10,645 nucleotides of DNA, from positions 1 through 10,645 of the forward strand of contig JBBRXO010000092.1 of the NCBI GenBank assembly GCA_038248345.1. The letters run 5' to 3'. Within the stretch, counting starts at the first letter, position 1. Each line of letters begins with the position of its first letter. Of the stretch, positions 1 through 6,895 are shown in pieces. A program made the translations under genes and the position numbers. The notes under the pieces are model-generated. The model saw nothing but the letters and a program-made list of their open reading frames with translations, was not told where the DNA came from and did no database searches. The stretch comes from Armatimonadota bacterium. Its GTDB lineage: Bacteria; Armatimonadota; Hebobacteria; CAIYQO01.

Positions 1-707
1 ACCAGCAAGAGGGCGATCACTAAACCGATCCATGCCCCACGTGACTGTGTGAGATATAACGCCGGCACCAGCAGCGCCAGGCAGGCGCCCAGGATAACAC
101 GCCATTTCGCATCCGCCCGCAGCAACAGAAAAACCGCCGGTGGGATACACAATGCCAGGAAGCTGCCGGCGAACATCGCATTCCCGATAGTACCGACCAA
201 ACGGAATCCCGATATCAACGGATTTAACGTCACGACATGGAAGTAATCGAGATAACCGACGAATGACGAAATGGCCCCGGCGATTACCAGTAGCCGCAAG
301 GATGTTTCAACTTCCTCCTCGGTGGTGATATATTCCTTCACGGCGAAGTAAAGCAAATAACCACACCCCATCAAAGGCAGGCCGAATTGGCTCCACACTG
401 GCCCCGTAAGACTAATCGCCGGGTATATTCCGGTGATGCCGGTTATCCATGCTACCAGCAGCAACAACAATACCGGGATATCAAACGCGTGACGTTGCCA
501 GGCCAGCCGTCCGGACACAGATATCTTCTCGGCAATAGAAACAAATAACAGACCAGAGACAGCAAAAAGTATCAATCGCCGGGGCGTCTCCCAACTGCTA
601 ATCACGCCAACCTCGGGCAAAAATACCAGTGGAACTGCCAATATGAGGAAATATACTAATCCTCGCCCCCACTTTGCCATAGGTGTGTTCTTTTCATCTG
701 GGGTCAT
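1..707 (-). CDS. O-antigen ligase (WaaL/Wzy_C)-family polytopic membrane protein, 3'-partial
   Basis: Hand translation from ATG at 707 (RBS GGAGGAA at 711-717 on the minus strand) is open to the window edge: MTPDEKNTPMAKWGRGLVYFLILAVPLVFLP...RLVGTIGNAMFAGSFLAL...ALYLTQSRGAWIGLVIALLL. It has several hydrophobic helices plus the R-x-x-G-T-x-G-N and (T/S)xSRGAW motifs typical of the family. Not in the ORF track. Confidence 0.85.
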   Translation of the reverse strand, partial: MTPDEKNTPMAKWGRGLVYFLILAVPLVFLPEVGVISSWETPRRLILFAVSGLLFVSIAEKISVSGRLAWQRHAFDIPVLLLLLVAWITGITGIYPAISLTGPVWSQFGLPLMGCGYLLYFAVKEYITTEEEVETSLRLLVIAGAISSFVGYLDYFHVVTLNPLISGFRLVGTIGNAMFAGSFLALCIPPAVFLLLRADAKWRVILGACLALLVPALYLTQSRGAWIGLVIALLL

Positions 708-787
708 TATTTCCTCCATATCGATATCCGTATGAATATACCGGTATTACCATTTTCGACATCAGATTGGAAAAACCTGCCACAAAT

Positions 788-825
788 AAGTTCAGCCCCC
801 CGCATTTTTGCGGGGGGCTGAACTT
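788..825 (-). terminator. Perfect 17-bp inverted repeat, probable intrinsic terminator of the porin gene
   Basis: AAGTTCAGCCCCCCGCA-TTTT-TGCGGGGGGCTGAACTT, 22 nt past the porin stop. On the minus strand it ends ...CTT and is followed by ATTTG (weak U-tract). Confidence 0.75.
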
Positions 826-847
826 CAGTCGCTTCTCTGCATATGGC

Positions 848-1888
848 TTAGAAAGTCACTTGATACTGGGCGCCGACAGTTCCTGTCGCTTTGGAGGCGC
901 TGCCATGATCAACAAACCGCTGGTATTCAACTTTAACCGTTGAGCGAGCATTGAGTTTGTGTTGCATACCATAGGTGAACCCTTGATACGCATCGTCTTT
1001 GTTGGCATTGCTGGGATTGAATGCATCGTAGCGGACGTACGGCTGGCAACTCGGCATGGCTGCATATGTCATACTAAGGTAACCACCTTCACTGTCTGTG
1101 ACACCAGTTTTACCAGCAACGAGTTCTCCAACTGCTTTAAATTTACCATTAGTGTACTGGGCATCTAAACCCATACGTTTCACCGTTTTGTTGGCAACAA
1201 TCGCTGATGTCCCGTATGAATTTGTGGGATCATTAATTGTGTTCACTGTTGAGCCTAGACCATCATAATACGATGCGCCCACTTCACCACCAGTGATTGG
1301 ACACGACAGGCGAGCGATAACATCTTTGCGCTTGTTGGAATCGGTACTAACTGTCGGCACACCCTTCACTAACGGTTCACCATTAGTGAATGCCGTTGCC
1401 ACTTTCATACCAGTTTTGGGACAAGTGTAGGAGACGAATACACCGCGCTGGAATGTGTAATCATCATAAGCGAGAGCTTTGAGCGCACGTGAGCGTTCCA
1501 GGGTGATGAGCGCTGCGGAAGATGCAGGAGTTTCATACCCGAAAGGGATGCGATTGATGCCAGCTTTAACGTCTACGCCATATTTATTGTATTCGGCATA
1601 GGCTTCCAACGCTGCCACGGTAGGGACATTCTGGAGCATGACAAAGGCGCTGGTATTTGCGTCCACCTCTGCGCGTAGCGTGAGGTAACAACGCCGTGCG
1701 TCGAAGTTACCACCAGGTTGAGCATCGCCAGTGTTTTCCGTGTAACGTCCTTGAACGTACCCGGCAACACTGATACTGGTTGCAGCTGTCAAATTCAATT
1801 TGACGGGTTCTGCTGCGATTGTCGTTAATGCACCGGCCAGCAATAATGCTGCACCGAGCATACCGACGAGCTGTGACTTTTGCTTCAT
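848..1888 (-). CDS. Outer-membrane beta-barrel porin, phosphate-selective OprO/OprP-like
   Basis: N-terminal signal peptide; motifs ISVAGYVQGRY, FDARRCYL, LEAYAEY, KAGINRIPFGYE, LITLERS, QPYVRYD; C-terminal beta-signal AQYQVTF. RBS AGGAG upstream. Substrate is not determinable from sequence. Confidence 0.8.
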   Translation of the reverse strand: MKQKSQLVGMLGAALLLAGALTTIAAEPVKLNLTAATSISVAGYVQGRYTENTGDAQPGGNFDARRCYLTLRAEVDANTSAFVMLQNVPTVAALEAYAEYNKYGVDVKAGINRIPFGYETPASSAALITLERSRALKALAYDDYTFQRGVFVSYTCPKTGMKVATAFTNGEPLVKGVPTVSTDSNKRKDVIARLSCPITGGEVGASYYDGLGSTVNTINDPTNSYGTSAIVANKTVKRMGLDAQYTNGKFKAVGELVAGKTGVTDSEGGYLSMTYAAMPSCQPYVRYDAFNPSNANKDDAYQGFTYGMQHKLNARSTVKVEYQRFVDHGSASKATGTVGAQYQVTF

Positions 1889-1929
1889 CTCGGTACTCCT
1901 CTTTTAATTTTTGGCTATATGCCAGAAAA

Positions 1930-1958
1930 AGTGTACCATTAGAATAGATAATTGACAA
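1930..1958 (-). promoter_or_regulatory. Putative sigma70 promoter of the porin gene
   Basis: Minus strand reads TTGTCA (1958-1953), 17-nt spacer, TACACT (1935-1930), with an extended -10 TG. Confidence 0.55.
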
Positions 1959-2082
1959 CCATGTATGCCATCTATTTCGGTGAGTAACAAAATCCGGGCA
2001 TTCTCAACCTCAATATATGATTCGGTGAGTGCCGATCTTGTAAAACCGTTGAGGTCAAACAAGCGTGACGCAGAAAACTATA

Positions 2083-2589
2083 TCAGTATTGCGTTGCTGT
2101 GCGATAATGCTGCAATATGTAGGCTATCCCTGCTTTCATCTCTGGCATAGTGATAGTGCCGCCACGCAAATCCTCTATCTGCAACAATTTGGTGATCTGC
2201 TGGAAGAGGTCGCGCTGTTGTAATCCTTGTTGCGCCCAGCGGTCGATATCCTCCAACAAGCGTCGATGCCGGATCGCCGGGATATCTTCCACCAACTGGC
2301 GTACCATACTTGTCACTTCATCAATGGACGAAGTAGTACATTCATTCGTCGTATCATTGCCGATATAACAGTACTTTTGCGCCTGGGAATGGTACGTAAT
2401 GTTTATCTGATTGGTAGACCCACCGGGAACCTCATAGACAATGGCCAGATTATCTGAGCCACCATCTGATTCCCAGTGAGATAATTCTGCACGAATGTTA
2501 CCATATGACACCTGGTGTCGGTGCCTATTGATTATCTCGTTTATCGCCTCAAAGCGATTACCCACGATTTCACTCACAATACAGGTCAT
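2083..2589 (-). CDS. Hypothetical protein (~168 aa)
   Basis: Open frame that fills the gap between spoVS and the porin, same strand. ATG at 2589 preferred over the upstream TTG at 2619. No recognised motif. Confidence 0.65.
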   Translation of the reverse strand: MTCIVSEIVGNRFEAINEIINRHRHQVSYGNIRAELSHWESDGGSDNLAIVYEVPGGSTNQINITYHSQAQKYCYIGNDTTNECTTSSIDEVTSMVRQLVEDIPAIRHRRLLEDIDRWAQQGLQQRDLFQQITKLLQIEDLRGGTITMPEMKAGIAYILQHYRTATQY

Positions 2590-2656
2590 AGAATAGCCTG
2601 ACTTCCGTTTCTCCGGCAAAAAAAAGATGCCTCTAAAAAATTTGACACCAAAGGTA

Positions 2657-2917
2657 CTATTTTGGTTCGATCATCAAGCGAATCGCTGTACGGTCAGCTC
2701 CATCAACCTGCAGATCAGTAAATGCCGGGCGACAGATCAAATCTACCCCCGACGGTGCCATAAAACCACGCGCAATGGCCAATGCCTTCACTGCCTGATT
2801 CAACGCTCCTGCCCCAATGGTTTGCAGTTCTGCTGCGCCTTTCTCACGAATGACACCAGCTAACGCCCCCGCAACCGAATTAGGGTTCGACTTGGCTGAA
2901 ACTCTCAATACATCCAT
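2657..2917 (-). CDS. spoVS: Stage V sporulation protein S (SpoVS family), 86 aa
   Basis: MDVLRVSAKSNPNSVAGALAGVIREKGAAELQTIGAGALNQAVKALAIARGF... is the SpoVS signature. Start at ATG 2917 with RBS AAGGAG 6 nt upstream; the ORF track start at 2998 is over-extended. Confidence 0.96.
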   Translation of the reverse strand: MDVLRVSAKSNPNSVAGALAGVIREKGAAELQTIGAGALNQAVKALAIARGFMAPSGVDLICRPAFTDLQVDGADRTAIRLMIEPK

Positions 2918-3144
2918 AGTGCACTCCTTAATAATTACTACATAAAAACTATATTCAAACCTTGAATGTTCTGATTCTACCGCATTGCGAGTAAACACAC
3001 AATACTATTATCACTAAAAGTTACACCTGAACGTAAATGTATTCATCATCATACAAACTATAGATGCCCGTTAACGCTTGCAGATAAACCGCTCATTCCA
3101 TATTCCGATGAACAATTAAGATCAAATTCTCGTTAACACCATCC

Positions 3145-3924
3145 TCAATCAATAACTTCCACTAGTCTCGTTATCCCCAGCGCCTTGCCGCTGGCATCGT
3201 CCAGCTCAATTAACACCGCGTTAATTATGACCGGCCCGGATGCCAGATCAAATTTCACTGGCATATGGGTGAGGAACTTTTGCAGGACAATGTCCGTCCG
3301 CACCCCTAATATCGAATCTCGCGGGCCAACCATACCAACATCCGTTATAAATGCCGTGCCCTTCGGCAATATTCGCTCATCGGCAGTCATTACATGGGTA
3401 TGCGTGCCCACTACCGCCGATACTTCCCCATCCACCATCCACGCCATGGCGGCCTTCTCGCTCGTCGCTTCTGCATGTATATCTATTAGAATACAATTCG
3501 TTTGCTCTCTCAGCAAGGGTACCAGCGCATTTGCTTTCTGAAAAGGATCATCCATCGCTTCCATAAAGGTACGCCCTAATAGATTCACCACCGCCAGCCG
3601 TATATTCCCTACCCGGTATATTCCATATCCGTAGCCAGGAGTACCAACTGGATAATTGGCCGGACGAATTATTCTGCTCTCCGCCTCCAATAAGGCAATC
3701 GCTTCTTTTTTGTTAAAAGTGTGGTTACCCAGGGTGAGCGCCGCCACCCCGGCGCCAAACAACTCCTCCGCAGCAGTGGGTACAATCCCCTTCCCCGCCG
3801 CGGCATTCTCGCCGTTAGCTATTATTATATCCGGTCTGTAACTGGATTTCCAGCGCGGTAGTATTGTCGCAATCGCTGCTCTACCCGGACGCCCGACAAT
3901 ATCACCAAAAAAAAGGATACGCAC
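3145..3924 (-). CDS. ymdB: YmdB-family (TIGR00282) metallophosphoesterase, 2',3'-cyclic nucleotide phosphodiesterase
   Basis: Motifs GDIVG, NGENAAAG, LGNH, RPANYP, DIHAEATSEK, VGTHTHV, TDVGMVGP. GTG start with GGAGG RBS. Lies next to spoVS as in Bacillus. Confidence 0.95.
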   Translation of the reverse strand: MRILFFGDIVGRPGRAAIATILPRWKSSYRPDIIIANGENAAAGKGIVPTAAEELFGAGVAALTLGNHTFNKKEAIALLEAESRIIRPANYPVGTPGYGYGIYRVGNIRLAVVNLLGRTFMEAMDDPFQKANALVPLLREQTNCILIDIHAEATSEKAAMAWMVDGEVSAVVGTHTHVMTADERILPKGTAFITDVGMVGPRDSILGVRTDIVLQKFLTHMPVKFDLASGPVIINAVLIELDDASGKALGITRLVEVID

Positions 3925-4028
3925 ATATACCTCCGAATCTTAAGTATTAAGTTCTGCAGGGGGGTGATAATTCCCTGCCTTTTTCTGAATTTACCCAGAA
4001 AATGTTGTATGATTGCATAGTTATATAG

Positions 4029-4057
4029 TTGACTTTTGAGTTTTTGCTGGTTAGAAT
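4029..4057 (+). promoter_or_regulatory. Putative sigma70 promoter of the sulfur-handling operon
   Basis: TTGACT (4029-4034), 17-nt spacer, TAGAAT (4052-4057), just upstream of the GAGG RBS and ATG. Confidence 0.65.
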
Positions 4058-4074
4058 AATCGTAGAGGGAAATA

Positions 4075-5721
4075 ATGATGAAATTATTAATTATTGGCGG
4101 AGTGGCGGCGGGCACCAAGGCGGCAGCACGCGCCCGACGCGAATACCCAGATGCTGAAGTGACTATCGTCACCCAGGACGACTACGTCGCCTACGCCGGC
4201 TGTGGCCTACCCTACTTCGTCGGTGGCGAGATCACCGAGGCGCGCGAATTGATCGTTCGCACTCCTGACGAATTTAAGCACGAGAACCGCATTGACGTAC
4301 TCACCCGTCACCAGGCGACCAGTATTGATGCGGCGGCACACACCGTCACAGTGCGTGACCTGAACAGCAGCACTGACACCATCTTCCCGTATGATAAGCT
4401 CATCATCGCTACGGGCGCATTACCGCTCATCCCCAATATCCCTGGTGCCAATCTGAAACGCATCAGCACGGTGCGCGGGCTGAATGACGCATTAAAGATC
4501 CGCGCCATGCTGGATTCAGGCAAAATCAAAAATGCTGTAGTGGTGGGTGGCGGCTTCATCGGGCTGGAGATGGCGGAGAACCTCTCCCGCCGTGGGGTAA
4601 AAGTGACGGTGGTGGAACTGAAAGATGCCATCCTGCCCGGCTTTGACCCGGAGATCGCGGCACTGGTGGCCAAACAGCTACGCGAGCATGATGTAGCAGT
4701 ATACACTGGCGAGGCGCTGACGGAGATCGTCGGCAACACCGCTGGCGAGGCCGTGGAGGCCGTCACCACTGCCCGTCGTCTCCCGGCGGACATGGTTATC
4801 TTCGCCGCTGGCATCCGGCCCAATACTGCCGTGGCTGTCGCCGCTGGTATCACCGCAGATCGCGGGATGATTATCGTTGACGAGTACCTGCATACGAACT
4901 TGCCCGACATCTTCGCCGTGGGCGACTGCGCCTCGGTGCGCAACCGGCAGACGGGCGCGGATACCTTCTCGCCGCTTGGCTCAACTGCTAACAAAACTGG
5001 GCGTCTGGTGGTAGCAAACCTGTTTGAAGATACGGAGAAATTCTCCGGCGTCCTCGGTACCACTATCGTGCGCCTTTTCGATTATCATGCGGGCCGCACC
5101 GGCCTTAGCACCCAGGAGGCAAAAGACGCCGGCTACGACGTGGAGACCGTGCTGGTGCCCACGCCAGACCGCGCCCATTACTTCCCCGGCAACCGCATAA
5201 TCATTACCAAGCTTATCGCCGACCGTGCCACCCACAAACTTCTCGGCGCGCAGGTGGCGGGCACCGGTGTGGTGGACAAGCCCATCGACACACTTTCCGT
5301 CGGGATCGCCATGGGGATGACCATTGAGCAGCTCTCCGGCATGGATCTGGCCTACACGCCACCCTTCGCCTCCGCGCTCAACTCCAGCATCGTCGCTGCC
5401 AATGTAATGCTCAATAAACTGGCGGGCAAGGTGCGTGGCATCTCACCGGTGGATTTGAAGCTGGACGACAAAACGCTACAACTGCTGGATGTGCGCACGG
5501 AGCCGGAGTATATCATCAGCGCTATCCCCGGCGCTATCAATATCCCGATTGAGGAATTACACCCGCGTTTGGGTGAACTTGATGCCGCCCGTCCCACGGT
5601 GGTGGTATGCAAAGTAGGCCGCCGGGCCTATGCGGCGGCGCTGGAACTCACTCGTTCCGGCTTCACCGATGTAAAAATACTCGATGGCGGCATGACCGCC
5701 TGGCCCTACGAGACCGAATAG
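4075..5721 (+). CDS. CoA-disulfide reductase with C-terminal rhodanese domain (CoADR-RHD / Npsr-like persulfide reductase)
   Basis: FAD motif IIGGVAAG; redox Cys in AYAGCGLPY (canonical SFANCGLPY); ATGA; NAD(P)H motif VVGGGFIGLE; FAVGDC; DLAYTPPF; rhodanese LLDVR...CKVGRR...LDGGMTAW. Start may be the second ATG (4078). Confidence 0.93.
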   Translation: MMKLLIIGGVAAGTKAAARARREYPDAEVTIVTQDDYVAYAGCGLPYFVGGEITEARELIVRTPDEFKHENRIDVLTRHQATSIDAAAHTVTVRDLNSSTDTIFPYDKLIIATGALPLIPNIPGANLKRISTVRGLNDALKIRAMLDSGKIKNAVVVGGGFIGLEMAENLSRRGVKVTVVELKDAILPGFDPEIAALVAKQLREHDVAVYTGEALTEIVGNTAGEAVEAVTTARRLPADMVIFAAGIRPNTAVAVAAGITADRGMIIVDEYLHTNLPDIFAVGDCASVRNRQTGADTFSPLGSTANKTGRLVVANLFEDTEKFSGVLGTTIVRLFDYHAGRTGLSTQEAKDAGYDVETVLVPTPDRAHYFPGNRIIITKLIADRATHKLLGAQVAGTGVVDKPIDTLSVGIAMGMTIEQLSGMDLAYTPPFASALNSSIVAANVMLNKLAGKVRGISPVDLKLDDKTLQLLDVRTEPEYIISAIPGAINIPIEELHPRLGELDAARPTVVVCKVGRRAYAAALELTRSGFTDVKILDGGMTAWPYETE

Positions 5722-5733
5722 GAGGAAATTAAA

Positions 5734-5961
5734 ATGGCTGAATATACCCTCAATTGCCGTGGCATGCAGTGCCCCGGCCCGATCATGCAGCTCTTTACCC
5801 AGATGAAGACTGCGCTACCTGGTGACGTGGTTACTATCGTCGTCACTGATTTAGGCTTCCGCACCGATATCGAAGCCTGGTGCCGCAAAACGAAGAATAC
5901 CCTTGTCTCCCTGGAGGAAAAAGATGGTGTCATCACTGCAGTCGTGCGGAAAGGTGAGTAA
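5734..5961 (+). CDS. TusA/SirA-family sulfur carrier protein
   Basis: LNCRGMQCPGP (CPxP motif), D-x-G-F-x-x-D-I-x-A-W-C, 75 aa, RBS AGGAGG. Confidence 0.93.
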   Translation: MAEYTLNCRGMQCPGPIMQLFTQMKTALPGDVVTIVVTDLGFRTDIEAWCRKTKNTLVSLEEKDGVITAVVRKGE

Positions 5962-5963
5962 CC

Positions 5964-6440
5964 ATGTCGGAAGATAAGAAAACTATCATCGTCTTCAGCG
6001 GCGACCTGGATAAAGCTATGGCGGCGATGATCATCGCCCGCGGCGCCGCCGCTATGGGCAACGAGGTGACGCTCTTCTTCACATTCTGGGGGCTGAACCT
6101 GCTGCGCAAGCCGGAGCCAGTATCCGTGAAGAAAAACCTCCTCGAAGCGATGTTCGGCTGGATGATGCCACGTGGCCCACAAAAGGCCAAGCTCTCGCAA
6201 CTGAACATGGGTGGGCTGGGCACTGCCATGATGCAGTACGTGATGAAGACCAAAAACGTGCCCACGCTGGCGGAGATGATCGCCGAAGCCCAGCAGTTCG
6301 GCGTGACCTTCATCGCCTGCACCATGAGCATGGACGTGATGGGCATCCACCGCGAGGAACTGATAGACGGCATCGAACTGGGCGGGGTAGCCACCTACCT
6401 GGGCGCCGCCGACGACGCCAACGTCAACCTGTTTATCTAG
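5964..6440 (+). CDS. DsrE/DsrF/DrsH-like (DsrE2/YrkE-type) sulfur-transfer protein
   Basis: IIVFSGDLDKA, GAAAMG, VTLFFTFWGL, LSQLNMGGLG, IACTMSMDVMGI (conserved Cys), GGVATYL, NLFI terminus. Starts 2 nt after the tusA-like stop. Confidence 0.93.
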   Translation: MSEDKKTIIVFSGDLDKAMAAMIIARGAAAMGNEVTLFFTFWGLNLLRKPEPVSVKKNLLEAMFGWMMPRGPQKAKLSQLNMGGLGTAMMQYVMKTKNVPTLAEMIAEAQQFGVTFIACTMSMDVMGIHREELIDGIELGGVATYLGAADDANVNLFI

Positions 6441-6471
6441 ATTACCACTGTGGCGGGGCAGCGTACGAATA

Positions 6472-6500
6472 TTGACGTTCCCCGCCCGTTACGTTATAAT
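6472..6500 (+). promoter_or_regulatory. Strong sigma70 promoter of the tRNA gene
   Basis: TTGACG (6472-6477), 17-nt spacer, TATAAT (6495-6500), then C-rich ACACCCGC (discriminator-like), 20 nt before the tRNA. Confidence 0.85.
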
Positions 6501-6520
6501 ACACCCGCAAATGTGCCCAT

Positions 6521-6595
6521 GGCTGCGTAGCTCAGTGGTAGAGCAAACGGCTCATAATCGTTAGGTCGCTGGTCCGAGTCCAGCCGCAGCCACCA
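6521..6595 (+). tRNA. tRNA with CAT anticodon; most likely elongator tRNA-Met, tRNA-Ile2 not excluded
   Basis: Cloverleaf: acceptor GGCTGCG/CGCAGCC, D stem GCTC/GAGC, anticodon arm AACGG-CTCATAA-TCGTT, T arm GCTGG-TCCGAGT-CCAGC, discriminator A, encoded CCA. G1:C72 and the lack of three consecutive G-C anticodon-stem pairs rule out the initiator. Confidence 0.95.
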
Positions 6596-6662
6596 GATCC
6601 ACAACAACATTTTTTACTTCAATCAACAGTACGAGAAAAGCTCCACATGCCAGCAGACTTCA

Positions 6663-6856
6663 GGAGTATCGGTTTTGGTTACAAGCCGTCCTCTCTAGCC
6701 TAGCCGTGAACGACCAGGCTGGAGGGCCTACGGCCAATCGTCCTTCGGGCGGGACGGTTTAGGGAAAGCGTACCCACCCGAAAGGTGATCGGCGAAGCCC
6801 ACTAGCCCAGTCGTTCACGGCTGGGCGAGCGGGATGGGCGCTAAAAACGATACTCC
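6663..6856. repeat. 194-bp imperfect palindrome: two inverted ~95-bp arms, each holding a three-hairpin unit (REPIN/MITE-like element or structured ncRNA)
   Basis: 6663-6760 aligns end to end with the reverse complement of 6765-6856 (termini GGAGTATCG/CGATACTCC; core AGCCGTGAACGAC/GTCGTTCACGGCT). The structure is seen directly; the class assignment is inference. Confidence 0.8.
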
Positions 6857-6863
6857 ACATACC

Positions 6864-6895
6864 AACAAACCCCGCCCTAACGGACGGGGTCTGCC
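6864..6895 (-). terminator. Intrinsic terminator of the FGE-domain gene
   Basis: Minus strand GGCAGACCCCGTCC-GTTA-GGGCGGGGTTTGTT. The mismatches become G-U pairs only on the minus strand, the 3' side is U-rich, and it lies 20 nt after the stop. Confidence 0.7.

Noticed and set aside
1940..1960. Pho box at the porin promoter
   Set aside because: Only one partial TGTCA half-site, coinciding with the -35; no 11-bp-period tandem.
2918..2998. N-terminal extension of SpoVS in the ORF track
   Set aside because: The RBS and family alignment place the start at 2917.
4308..6394. Long antisense ORFs 4308-5063, 5706-6350 and 5933-6394
   Set aside because: Shadows of well-supported GC-rich plus-strand genes; no motifs recognised.
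5734..6595. Functional link between the TusA-like gene and thiolation of the adjacent tRNA
   Set aside because: The tRNA has C34, not a U34 thiolation target, and has its own promoter. The CoADR-RHD/DsrE2 context points to persulfide metabolism.
6560..6640. tRNA used as an integration site (att duplication)
   Set aside because: No second copy of the tRNA 3' end and no integrase seen in the window.
6663..6856. 6S RNA, SRP RNA, RNase P, tmRNA or integron attC as the identity of the palindrome
   Set aside because: No large central bubble, no SRP GGAA helix-8 motif, no GAGGAAAGTCC, no tRNA-like ends or tag ORF, and no RYYYAAC/GTTRRRY termini. An Rfam scan is still needed to exclude these formally.
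6861..6895. Resemblance of CAACAAACCCCGCCCTAACGGACGGGG to IS200/IS605 or HEARO end hairpins
   Set aside because: No tnpA, tnpB or iscB and no further omega-RNA-like sequence. Position and strand-specific G-U pairs fit a terminator better, though a relic origin cannot be excluded.
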